The notes beneath the pieces are model-generated. The model had not been told where the DNA came from and did not search any database. It saw nothing but the letters and a program-made list of their open reading frames with translations. A DNA stretch of 64,000 bases from Trichoplax adhaerens (Eukaryota; Animalia; Placozoa), in assembly GCF_000150275.1 (NCBI RefSeq), contig NW_002060947.1, positions 728,695 to 792,694 of the forward strand. Direction: 5' to 3'. This document shows, in pieces, positions 38,713 through 52,292 of the stretch (within the stretch, counting starts at the first letter, position 1; each line of letters opens with the position of its first letter). Both the position numbers and the translations under genes were made by a program.

Positions 38713-40974
38713 ATGGATCTAACTTTCACGTCGTTTCCAAATAACCTGTGCAATACCTGTTTATCGGATGATAATTATGCTGAGATACCAGATCCATTAA
38801 ACTCTAATATCCTTGCTGTTACATATATCATCATTGGAGGCATTGCAATTCCTATGAATGGATGCTTCATAGGTTATATGATTTATTATCGAAAGCAAAT
38901 GTCAATTCACGATATCCTGATCATGAATTTATCGATTTCGGATTTCTTCTATTTGGTATCATTGTAAGACACTAATCAACTTTTAACTTTGCTTCAGTAT
39001 AATTTTATTTGGCTGCGCTTCTTATTATAAGATTTGATTTTGTCTAATCATTAGCCTAGCTATAGTCATAGTAGATCACTTTAAATTTCAAATATAAGGC
39101 GCTTACTTTTTGAACTCATTATTTAATTATAATTATTTACCTGATGATCATGAAGCCAAATTTTTCTTTCCTGCTCCATTAAAAGCTTCGTTTCGTTAGC
39201 AATCGATAGCATATAACACAAAAAGTTCTAAAATTACGATACCATTTATTCTGGTTACTCCTGCTAGCGCTTCAGGTTGATTACGATAACGCACGCAAAT
39301 AATGAAATAAAATACATGTCGCCTTACAGAAAATTATGATGCGAACAGAAAATTTAATAACATTTTATTCCATCCGGAGACTATTGTAAAAATAAATTTA
39401 AACTGACAGTCATTCATAGTAAATATCCAAATATCTTCTGCTGTAGTAGGTACTTGTATATCTATGATATCTTTACAAAGCAAAAGAATTTACTATGGAG
39501 TCTAGCTAGTCGATATCATTAAAGGCAATAGTCAGAAGTGAATTTTAATCTTTCTAACGAAGCGTCTTTTCCGAGAAATGTAGCTTCTTATCACTATGCC
39601 ATAGATCTTATTTTTCTAATACTGTAAACTTATTTCATTCGACAAATAATACTATAATGCTAGCTTAGTACACAGTCGGATTTACAGCGATCTCATGAAT
39701 AAATTTAGATTACTAAATATATAATTGATGCGAAGTATGGTTAAAATAATTCGATAGTATAACATACAGTACGTTTGCTAGATGTATGACTAGAATCAGT
39801 TTTACAAATAAATTATACTATTCCTATACATTGTCAGTCTCGAATTTAATAAGATTTTATCAAGCTTAAATAACGGTGCCAATTAGTTATGTTGTCTCAT
39901 ACCATCTAACTCTAACATAGACCTGCTTCCGAGAAATTCCCTCTAAACGCTATCAGACCAATCAGAGAGCATGGCTAGATTTTAATCCCTCTTAAAATAA
40001 ACTTCTGTAACAGTTTTATACAGTTAAAATTCAACTAGGTAATTTATAAATTTAACCAATATTGCTTTAGTTTAGTAGATATATTTCGCTATTTCATACA
40101 ACTAAAATTAATGCTTTGTTTTTATTTCTAATGTAGCTGCTGGAATATATTCCCTGTCGTTCTGCCAAGTGTTGAAAAACCAATCTTTAAGGAAAATAAT
40201 TTTCTATGTCGATTGATGTTTTCTTCCTTTGTTCTATCTTTCTTCGTCAATATTTGCCTGATGGCTGCCTCAGCGATAGCTAGTTACTGGAAGATTAATA
40301 ATTCAGGCCCATCTTTTACGATTCGTCGCGCTTGGCAAATGGTCTGCGTGGCATATATTGCACCAGTATTATTACTATTGCTACCAACGGTTGGCCTTTG
40401 GGCAAGAATCACATATTTTCATGGTGTTGGTATCTGCATGATAGATTTTAGTTCCGAGATTGATACTAATCATATCGTATTCATGTTCGCAATTGTCTTT
40501 CCAATCTTATTTATTACAACAGCAATTATAGGATTTTGTTATTGTCGTATTTACCGAATCGTTCGTCGAAGCAGTAAAGTAATTGCTCAATATAATGCAC
40601 GAAATCATCAAATGCAAGCTACCACACATAATGCACACAATTGTAATAATACTCCATTTGAGCATCGCAAAACTTATTCTAGACGTGATATCAGTTTAGC
40701 TAAGACCCTCGTTGTAATATTTGCATTATTTATTGTATCCTATGCTCCATATGCATTAGCTAACATCTTCTATTTTTTTAATTTAATTGATTTATCATTC
40801 ACACAAGCACTATATTTGTTGACTGTATCTTGTGTTAATAGTATTTTTAATCCTATCATATTTTACAGTCGTCGGCGAAGACTAGCTATTACCGATAAAA
40901 TATTCAGGGTTAAGCAAGTAGATACCGGTGTTACAATGGCAATGAAGCAGTTAGAAACTGTTATTAGTCATTGA
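38713..40974 (+). CDS. Class A orphan GPCR paralogue 4, ~362 aa; exons 38713-38963, 40137-40974
   Basis: ATG 38713; NLSISD; TT|GTAAGA...ATGTAG|C; CWNIFP..FLCRL; SYAPY; NSIFNP. Confidence 0.88.
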
Positions 40975-42067
40975 CCTTTACACTTACACCAAAATATACA
41001 AACGCTCACACGCTTATTTTAAGGACAAAACGATCAAAATCTTTATCAGATAAAGCTAGCTTGTTAACAAATCAAGTGATATAAGCATACTTTCGATATA
41101 AGTGTGATAACTATCAGGTAGTTTTGCTAGATTAATAAAGGAAAATTTAAAACTACTTTGCTTTGATTTCTTGTGTGACAACTTCGGTCTCGACAAGCAA
41201 CTATTAAACATCGAAGTTCTAGTAACGATAACTATTGAGTCTAATATCAATTTTTAGTTAGACTGCTACAATACTGGTTGTATATTTTATCTATCAATAT
41301 TTTCTATCACCAACTAACCGATCACAGAATGATACGAAACTAATTTCGACGATTTTAGCGATATCTTAAGTAAACGATAGAACCAGTGTTCTTTATTAAT
41401 TTAGCTAACTCTGTATAAATATAAATAAGAGCTACGAAAGAGATCGGATATATTTGTCTTCAAAATTAGAAAATAGATTTTCTGAATATAGTAATTTGTA
41501 TCTGATGGTAAATTGTTCGCATAAAAGATGAACCAATCGATATACGAATAATGAAGAATTCATTGCTTTCAAACAAATCTAATAATTATGACGTAAGATA
41601 AAGTTTCGGCGTGTTAAAATTTTAATCATATTTAATATTTCTTCGTGACCTTCCTTGATTTTGCATAAGTAAAATATCTATAGGAAGAATAATAACAATA
41701 TAGGGGTCAATTGTCGATCAATACCACCTTTTAGCGTGAATAATACGAATTACCGACCAGTTATGTACAGGAGGAATTTGTGGTCTAAATTGAAAGCGTA
41801 ATCGGATGAAATGTACAAGATTTTCCATTGAAAAGCTGTACATAAACTTTCATTTGATTCGTAAACAATTCTAACTTTCAATATCACTGCATATCAATAA
41901 ATACATCGAAGCTGATTCCTAAGTTGGTACTGGTTACATATTAGCTGTTCTAAGCAATTAAACTCCTGCTTGTCAGAATAAAATAATCATATATTATTAC
42001 TAAAAAATCATTCAGATTGATGATTTTGCAGGATATCGATGTGAATGAACACAATGGTATTACCTAC

Positions 42068-42892
42068 TGTCACAAAACAGCTTTGCAACAAGATAAGGTA
42101 ATGTACGATCAATAAGTTAATTCCTTGAACCACGTATCAAGGAACGATATCAGTACTATCAGAAACACTTTTGCTCTACTAGCAGACTATACAAAGACTT
42201 AAACGCCTCGTATTTTACGTTAAACACTAAGTTTGAGAATCTACTTTATTACACGATATACTGCATTTATATACTATTCCTCAATAGTTCATGAGTCATA
42301 GTTAGTACGACTAACTTTGGAATCATGTACTGAATTAGATATCAATTATAGCTACTGCTCCCTTAATGTGTACAACAGTATTTACGAACATAGACATCTA
42401 ATGACTAATACAGAATAATCAGATTACGATATGTCCTATCACGGAACATTTCCACGATAATTTACAATCTACCATAAGTAAATTACAATCACAATGATTC
42501 GAACTGTAAGTAGATGATTTGCATTCCCTATTATAACTATTAATTCAGTATATGTATATATGTCTCTGTCATAAAAAGTCAGTGCTATATTAAAACACAG
42601 TATATCCAAATTAGAAGTTAACTAAATAAGGATTGGGTGCCAAGATTCCTTCAGTAATAAATGATAGTAAATCTCTGACTATCTCGTCTACATCTTCTGT
42701 GACGCTATAATTATACCATAGTATTCGGTCGTTGGAACTGAATTATTTGGTGATATAGCTAATCTCGCCTCTTTAAGTTAGTAACTGGCGTTCTCCGCAA
42801 GGATTGGCGTGTGTAGACTACTTTGTCACTAGTGGTGTGTGACATCCTAACATAGATATTTCTACTCTAATACAGTATATAGCACTGTCACA
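42068..42892 (-). mobile_element. Solo-LTR-like element (825 bp), TSD CCTAC, containing a foreign fragment at ~42631-42844
   Basis: CCTAC|TGTCACAAAACAGC ... CACTGTCACA|CCTAC; minus-strand TATATAAA and AATAAAG near 42245-42275; internal segment ending TGTCACTAGTGGTGTGTGACA is absent from the 47673 copy. Confidence 0.8.
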
Positions 42893-45800
42893 CCTACTTT
42901 ATCATTTTAGTTTGTTTTATGCATTAAATCCAAATTTTATTTCTAATCGTTATTAGACACTGGATGATTCGGCTGCTGATGTTTGAGCAGGTACATCACT
43001 GTCCGCATAAAGCCTGAGTAACAGTTCATCATCTATAAATAAATTTCATGAAAGTAAATCGAGCCTAGTAGAGAATGCATAACCTTTGACTGATAATACC
43101 TTATTCAGTAGCATTATGTAAATTCATTTGCTTTATTATGCTTGTTAAAAGCTTAACTTTGACGGAGTTACGGTTCTATTATTAATTATTAAGCTGAGCG
43201 CATGTCTCATCAAATAGTATTAATTTCTACATTATTAATAATGGAAATGATTTCATGAAAGAATCACCTGCCGGTTTTACTTTGTTGTAATGCTGTCAGA
43301 AAAATGGAATTGGTGTCTCGCGGTACATTATTACATGAAATTTACACAAATCGTAAATACTTATAGGGTTGTGCTTAAATCAGCTAGAAAATTATCTTTT
43401 GCCAGATTGTAAACAGAAAGTAAACCTTTAAATTTAGGTATGGTAACGATATCTTTTATGCAATATTTTGATGAATAGTTTATTAAAGAGGATGTTTTAA
43501 CTTTGTTATTATCTCTATGACGCGCATATAAGGGTATCATAGCGTTTATAGTAATGAAATTATATCTTATACGAGCTGGATAAATTATTTTTGGGGGATT
43601 GTCAGCTTAGAAGTAATTTAAATAAGCAATTTTTATACGGTATATTTATTATTCTATAATATATCACTGAAAATTTGAAGGCAATTTAAACCCGGGAATA
43701 AGGAACACTAGTTAAAAGTTGAAGGAAGATTACAAATATTTTGCTGATTTAAATTAAAATTAGTACACTGGTAATAGTCTGTCATTTTTTCGTCGATCAT
43801 AAATTTGCAATGGCTGCGTTACATTATATTTCAAAACAGTCACATAATAATGTGACAACACTTAAATTATCCCACGCTAAAATATCACTAATTTACTCCT
43901 CCAATCGCTAAGCTATCTAGAAATACCCTAACAGAAGGGTCAGAGACAAAAATTTTAGCACGATAAGAACAACTTTCACGTTATACCTTTAATCTAAAAA
44001 TAATATATCTTCAACAACAACCGACTACAATTTTTATCTTTATATTAGCTTATATGTAAATTAAATTAAGATATCATAAAACAGGCTTAAAGAAGACATT
44101 TAGTCTGATAATGTCAACTCAAATAAAGCGATTCAAACACAATAGATTCTTACTCGGTTAAACCCTATTGTTAACTTAAATGAAATAAAAAATTATAGCG
44201 GATCCTTAGTTTAGCGCGTAGAAAAATTATAATATAGTTTATGTTAACGTACTGCAAGTAACCTAGACTTAAGCGAGCTTCTGTTTGGACACTCTTATGA
44301 GTTGGCACAATGTGAATGGTACCTTTATTCTAATCTGCTATTCTTTTCCTTGGTTTATCCATGTTTTGCACAAGTGTGAGTTTCATAAAAAAAATAGTTA
44401 TTCTCATTCTTTATGTTTGGTTCGATTACTGTAAAAATAAAACAGCTTACTTCTGGTTTATCCGGAAGGGTGCTATTTTAAAGATGGGACTACCGCTGCT
44501 GGACTCAGAGGTAAAAGATAAACCTAATATCTATACCAAAGAAAATGTACAGACGACTATCTTTCGTTACAAACGGAAGAATAAAATTTCTATCCAACAG
44601 CTTTTTTCAAGCCTAAATAAATCTGTAAGGAAAACCAGTTATATACCGTAGTAGGCAGGTTGCTGGGACTACAGTCAAAATTATCGATAACAAAAGCTCT
44701 ATTTACGTAACTTTCTATTCTGTTGAAATATTTTTCGATTCTATTAACATTAATCTCCAAAATATATAAAGTGCTAATACCATAATTAGAAAAGGGAAAT
44801 ATTCCACTGTAAAGCCATAGTTAATAACCAAGTATAATAATAGACAGGACTACTTAGGTATGCTTTTAATTCTACTGCTTTCTTTGTAACTCAGAAATTG
44901 TATGATAACATATAAGGAAAATATTTAAGTATGCGCTAAACAATATAAGAACTCAATATTAAACCATCAAGTTTCAGTTAAGATAATAAATACCGGTATT
45001 TCTTATCGAATTTTGAACAATTTTAAATTTAGATAGATCTACGAAAGAAACTTCTAAAATAGATATAAAAAAAGGTTTATTGTAATAATAATGGAGAATT
45101 TTTCAAGAATTTTGACGAGTAATTTATGGAGCAAATTACCGGCTGCCCAAATTATTTCAAATTTCACCATTTGACGATTTAGTTGCATTTAGATAGCAGT
45201 AGGTAGTTCCAACAAAGATAATTAAATTAGACAACTTTTACTCGTATTGTTATAGTCCAGTAATGAAACAGAAACGTATGCAGTATTGCACAAAACAATA
45301 TTTTAAGTTGCGTAGAGCGGAATTATCGACTCCTATTTAGAACTAATCATGACAAAATTGACAATACGTATACATCGAGGTAAGAGCTTAAAGAATAGCT
45401 AGATTAATATAAATAGCTATCCTAAGAAATTTTAGTCATTGTTATTATATTTAGATGAAAATATATCTAATTGACATTCATTTCAGCATCTAAGGTTTGA
45501 ATGCAAGACACTGTGATAAAATTGATCATGAGTTTCCTAACTTTGCAGAAAGATATTTAATAATTTATTAGATTTTCTCGCAAAATATATTGTACCATGT
45601 GCTGCTATATTCTAGCTGAATCTAACCACTAAAATGATCTTTAAAGTAATTACTGGATCATCTAAAGTTGATTGCTTATAAATTATCATTCGCATATACG
45701 GCCTCAATCGGCTCAGTCATGTTATCTCCTTACTTTACCTAAAGAATATCTTAATAAGCTGAGGTTTTATGGTCTGTAAACATACAAATTAGGAACCCAT

Positions 45801-47672
45801 AATAATATTTTTCAGAATTTAAATACGAAGGCAAGATTTCACTTAAACACAGCTGTAGAGCCCACTTAGAGCTTGAATAATGGATTGAACTCGTTCGCTA
45901 TTATTATAAGTTAAATTTGAAGACACTAATATTTTGCTATGGTATACTATAAGAACAGTACAACCAGTGATATTTAAGTACCTGAAAAATCTATATGAAA
46001 TCTCATACAGCCATAATCTAAGCTAATTGCAGTAGTAAAGTATATGGCTAATAAGATGAAAAAGTGCCTTTGTATTATTTTTAGTATAAGGCTGAGATCC
46101 TCCAATCAATTCCATATCTGATAGCTAAATATAATAATACCATGAGTCTACTATACGGCCATTATAATGACATAAAACATATCAAATCAAGTAAAATTGT
46201 GTTAATTATATTGCATCGGCTGTATCCTGTTCGATTACAGCTTTTATCGTGAAATCTGTTTTTTTATCATCATGATCTGATAAAATACAGGTTTTATGAA
46301 CTATGGTTACTCAGTAAACTTATTAGCCAATTACGAAATTTCTGTTAAAATGGCTCACGCTGCTTACTATTTTATTAGGCTTGAGAAAAATATTTTGTTT
46401 CTGTCTCTTAACGCATTTGATTATACTACAATTTTAATATGATATAGCATTTCGCGAAGATGCTAAAACCTATGTAACATTTGTCATAGGCATGCTTTTG
46501 CTCTTCTTCGAAATTCTCGATATTATCTAAAAACTGTCCACTTATCAGATATTTATTTACCAATCTATTGTTAGATGTTAAAGGCACTGAAACTACTGAG
46601 CATATAATTATTTTTGAATCAGCTTTGATGCGACTTTAATTTGCGAATTCTAGCTTAATTGCAATGGAATGCGATGTGATATACTTATTTTAACTATTGG
46701 CAACCCTACATTTTAACTAATTTTGTGAATTCATAAATAGTGCTATTGTGATAATCTCATTTAGGTGTTTCATAAAATAATTCTGTTGTTGTTTTTCTAT
46801 AAAATACTAGCCTTACCAGTATTAGGTTTTGTGGGTGTTACAAAGTAATGATTTCGCAATTGGTTTAGTCACTCAACTAGTAGCTAAAATTCACATAGCC
46901 TGTAAGCTTATTTGATGAAACCATACACACACATATTTGCACTTTGGGCTTACATAGCACAGCTATCATAATATGTTCTTAGCTGGCTCATGTTGTTATT
47001 AAACTTACAGTAGTTATCGCTTTGATTGATAGGACAAGATTCCCGTTAACATTTCATGATATGCTGCAGCAAAGCGTTATTATCTTTTTAATTTCTATCC
47101 GTAATGGTACTAATATCTACAATATTGTTCATTTCTGCCCTCATAGTCTAATGAACTTTTCTTACTCTCTGTTACATGGAAATTTAACAAAGAAAATTTG
47201 CAGAATTTGAATAATACGAGTTAAGTTTCAATCAGTGAAATTTGCCTGTAATTCATTCGCTTATAATGCACCATACAGCTTGCTCTTATTAAAGAGTTAC
47301 TCAATATAGGTATAATTTTGTCAGATATCTTTTTTGTCAAAAACCAGGAATGACATCATTAGAGCCCGCATAGAATATTTATTCATTTATACTCAACATG
47401 AAAATTACTCCTTTATGAATAATTATATTTTAATACTGTCAGACTGACCTTTGCGCTAATAAGGAAGTAATAGAATTTCACTCGCTAAAATGATCAATAA
47501 ATGCAATGTGCTAATTAGTAATTCCAGCGAAATTAAAATTTAGAGTATTTTATGATCTGGTGATTGGACTTTAGTCAAGACATACACCAAAGTGCCTATA
47601 CACTAATTAATTCTTGCTACTATTAAATCATTAAATCAAATCATATGTCATGTGTTTGTAAACATTTGTAGC

Positions 47673-47850
47673 TGTCACAAAACAGCTTTGCAACAAGATA
47701 ACGTAATGTACGATCAATAAGTCAATAAAAAGTCAGTGTTATATTAAAACACAATATATCCAAATTAGAAGTTAACTAAATAAGAATAGACTAACAGAAT
47801 TATCCTAACATAGATATTTCTACTCTAATACAGTAAATAACACTGTCACA
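47673..47850 (-). mobile_element. 178-bp internally deleted copy of the 42068 element with its own TSD GTAGC
   Basis: GTAGC|TGTCACAAAACAGC ... CACTGTCACA|GTAGC; both ends match 42068-42892. Confidence 0.85.
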
Positions 47851-49637
47851 GTAGCCTAAAACCGTAGTAGGCAACATCTTTTGCAATTCCCAGGAAAGCT
47901 TTCTAAGTTACCGATAAAGAAATCAGATGTTTTAACATACATCATTTCCTGTAAAAATATGCATATCAGATTAGAGAACTGATTATTATGTTTCGCTTTT
48001 GTATTTCTGTTGGTAAATATACCGGATATATATTGACGAAACTTGTTTTTGACTGTTAATGTCACCAATTATAGTCAATTACTATCAACAAATCACTCTT
48101 TATCAAAATATAATGGATATAGTATCAATTAAAAGATTACTGCTCGTAGATTATGACTAAAATAAACTTTTTCTATTATCTGCAAGTTGCTCATCAGATC
48201 ATAAATAGTCTTATATTTTATTTGAAACGAAAATTTTAAACTCTAATATGCCAATAAGGTATAGTTACTATAGTAATTTAACATATTACCCGCACTGGAT
48301 TATCACTATAGTAGTGTATTTCAACAAAATTTGTTAATATATGTGGGCTTGATCGGTAATTCCAATATGTTAATATGCAAAAAATGGAATGCCAAATTTG
48401 AGCACTTGTATTAACTATAATTACCATTCAATTTCTAAATTAGCAATTAATGTACAGCTATTTTTTTTGCGGCCAGATAATGAGCTATTTGATCTTAAAT
48501 ATTTGTAAACAAAAACTGATATTTATGAATATACCTCAATAAGTCTTGTTCTGCTAAATTAGTATATTATGCAATGAGATATCAATTTCATCATAGACTT
48601 CTTTAGTGAAACAGCATTAGCCCTATGCGCTTTTCTACAACTATTAACTGTTAAGAAATTTTAATTTGAGGTATACTGAATCAACTTAGTTCATGAGATG
48701 TTACTAATAGTGGAAGATATAACATTGAGCTCAGCATAAATGTGAGAATTGATAAAAATTCTTCAATAACTTTAATTATCGGCTTATAATTAATTTTGAA
48801 ACAGTGACTATGAAATCTGTCTCGTACGTAAGATGCACACTTTTAACTTGTAGTAGTTTAGGCAGCTTACAGCTTTGTTATAAATAGTTTTGTGAATCAA
48901 TTAAGAAATGCATATTAGATAATTGCCGACTGCAATATTCTAATGTAGATCATATATAACATGCCATCATTCCATAATTTTTAGTATTTGAAATGGTGAT
49001 ATTTTTACTGAAAATGAAACATTTAAAGACAAAATCAATCATTTACTTAATAAGGGTGTTGGTTTAAAATTTTAATTGTAGTACTGATTGATTTATATGA
49101 AATAATAAAGAAATAGTTATCATATTTAATGCTTTTTTTGACTCCCAGTTGCATTATCATTGCTATGATCCTGTACGAAGTCATCATGTATGCTGAGCGA
49201 ACGAACTAGATACCGTAAAATTTATGATTAATTTAAAAGCAAGTCAGGTTCCGTATTTAGTTTTATTATTCATATTTAAATTACATTTTAATTTTAAAAA
49301 CTCATACTAGTTATAGTCAATGTGTGTATAATAATAGTTATTGAACATTTATCTCACCAGATGATAACAAATTTTTAATTGGATCCAACTTGGTCGAATT
49401 ATATACAGTAAGAAAACACACTACAGTTTTTGAAAAGTAAATACGTAAAAGAAATAGACTAATTTAAATTTAAATATAAAATTCTTCAATTCTTCTTTAA
49501 ATAAACATCTAAATATTCTAGAATAAAAGGTAATTGATTGACAGTTAAAACCAACTGATAAATACAAAATGTGCACTTAGTATATCTAGATTTATCACGT
49601 TTTTATTAGGTTTGTTCGCTTGATCGTGCAGCGATTT

Positions 49638-50005
49638 TGTTATAATATTATAGTGTATATTGCTACATTATCTAGATGTAATGTAAATTCTACCATATGT
49701 ATGGAATAAGTACAAACTCATAATACCGTAATATTAACGATGTAATGTTATATCTTGTTATATCGGCATCACACCGAACGCATGTTACCATACATAGATA
49801 TTCTGTAACCTCTGACGCTACGAGTCAGTCTTGAAGCAGTCTTGCATCAGTCTTGAATCAGTATAGTTAGTTAGTCATCAGGCTGCAATTGGATCGTTAC
49901 GCATATGTTTGAAATCAGTATTGTGTGAAGTCGAATAAAGTCTGAACACTGTAAGTGAAATAAAATTAATCTAAATTCTTAAACGTCATCGCACGTTGTT
50001 TAACA
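49638..50005 (+). mobile_element. Probable solo LTR of a different family
   Basis: TGTTATA...TTTAACA termini, internal 11-bp repeats (CAGTCTTGAAG/CAGTCTTGCAT/CAGTCTTGAAT), AATAAAG near the 3' end; no TSD found, single copy. Confidence 0.4.
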
Positions 50006-50678
50006 TTGTGCCTTTAACTGCTTAACTAATATTCGGAGTAACTAAAATTTCTAGCTAGGCAATTAGCAAAACCCCATCATAACAGATCCTTATAAATTAA
50101 ATTGTTTTAAGTATAGTGAAGCAGCATTTTAATTCTAAGTTAAATCCTTAAAAAAAGAAATTCTTATTTAAATACTGTTAATTAACTACCGGATATCGCC
50201 TTTTACATGAATAAGAAACTATTATCGTTTCAATTTTTAATTAAATCTCTCTCTAGAAAACAAAGGTTTCTATGACTTCTTATATCAACGCCTAGCTATT
50301 ATTTACATGCGTGCAATTATAAAAATAATTAAGAGTCACAGCTGATAAATTTAGCTTCTAATAATTTATAATGAAGGACAAATTCCTCTCAACCTCAAAT
50401 AAAAATATAACAATGAGCTCAGAAAAACGTAATTTTACCGATATGAAATTCGATCTAAGTCAAGGTGTTATTTTATTTGTTCATATTTGTAAAGATTCTA
50501 TTATTCAATTTCAAGCATGCTACGTTATTATTTAACAAGATAGATAAATCTTGGAAATTTTCGTTGTTGATCATTTTAGCTAAGTAATTACAAGGCAGTA
50601 AACATGACTCACTTGCCGGTCCTTATGGAAAATTTCTGAATTAAAGAGCATTCGTACTTTGCCTCAATAAGTATTAAA

Positions 50679-52292
50679 ATGTGGAATGAAAACGGTGTAA
50701 TTAATATTTCTACTAATTGCAGCCTATGTGCAGCAGATGATAATTATGCCGAAGTACCTAATGTAACACACTCAATAATTATAATGTCTCTCTTCCTGGT
50801 TATTGGTGTCATTTCTGCTTTAGCCAACGCTCTATTCATTGGTTACATGGTTTATTACTACCGAAAAGTGACCGTTCACGATATTTTCATTCTAAATATT
50901 TCTCTATCCGATTTTTTCTACATCGTATCCTTGTAAGTAAATTTCAGGAAACATTGCTACATAAAGCCAATAGTAGTGATAATGGCTAAAATATCAAATA
51001 ATTACGAAGTATCTAGTACATATATACAGTACGCGCATTTATAAGTGAAAAGATCAAATTAAAGTCATGACTTCTAAATACTAAGTATTTGACAGAGCTC
51101 AAAAAAATGATCCTAAAGAATATCCTTTTGTCAGTCTTACACATCGAATATTTAGTATTTTTGCTTGCAAATTATAACAACTTTTACGAATACTTACTTA
51201 TGCTTTATACAAAAATTTCTGAGCGCCAATAGCGTATTATTCCAATAGAAAAGCATTATACACCTTTGTAAATGAGCTTATTCGACAGATATATGTCAGA
51301 AAATTTTTCCATAGCATAGTGATAATGATAATACCATCAAAACTTTAGCATTTGACTACAAGCCATATATTTACAATACGAGAATATCAGGCTTTGATAA
51401 TTATTTTACTAATTATCTTTATCGTTTTTTTTCCTCTTTTAGTAGCTGGAATGTATTCCCAGTGGTTATACCATCAATTCAGAAGCCAGTTTTTTCACAT
51501 AATACTTTCCTCTGCCGTTTGCTGTTCTCTTCGTTTGTATTGTCATTTTTCGTTAACATTTGCTTAATGGCAAGTTCTGCACTAGCTAGTTACTGGAAAA
51601 TATCTAATTCTGGAATTTCTTTGACTATTCCTCGTGCTTGGATTATGGTTGGTATATCATATACAGCGTCAATTCTCTTATTATCATTGCCAACTATTGG
51701 TGTTTGGGCTAGAATAACATATTTTCGAGGCGCAGGAATATGTCAGATGGATTTTAGCCCAACAATTACTAAAAATCACATAATTTTTTTATTTGTAATT
51801 GTTTTTCCAATGCTATTTTCAACTACATGCATTATCGCATTTTCATACTATCGAATTTACAAAATTGTTCATAATAGTGCCGTTAATATTACAATGCATA
51901 ATAATAGCAATAGGATCGAACTTGGTGAAAATTTAAATCACCGTAAAAAAGCTGCTAAATCCTACTCAAGAACTGATATCACTTTAGCAAAGACCTTATC
52001 CGTTGTATTTGGGTTATTTATATTATCGTATGCACCCTACGCTTTAGCAAATATTTTTTACTTTTGTAACTGGTTTAAATTAAGTCTAACTGAAGGACTG
52101 TACCTCTTAATTATTTCCTGCACTAATAGCATCTTTAATCCAATTATATTTTATGACCGCCGCAGCAAAAGTGTCCAACGAAGTAATATTACAATGGTTA
52201 GACAAATAAGATCCAGTTTTGTCGGAAATCAAATGCATTCTTCTGTTTCCACCATGACCATGGCCAAAAGCTCTTCCTTTACCTATAAGTAA
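50679..52292 (+). CDS. Class A orphan GPCR paralogue 5, ~367 aa; exons 50679-50932, 51443-52292
   Basis: NISLSD; TT|GTAAGT...CTTTTAG|T; SWNVFP..FLCRL; SYAPY; NSIFNP. Confidence 0.9.

Noticed and set aside
42953-43382. Minus-strand exon-like segments (DDELLLRLYADSD...; NNVPRDTNSIFL)
   Set aside because: The upstream segment has stops in all frames; cannot be linked into a gene.
44270-44651. 96-aa ORF, possible exon LVYPEGCYFKDG, and minus-strand SSGSPIF motif
   Set aside because: No coherent multi-exon model or recognisable domain; chance motifs are likely.
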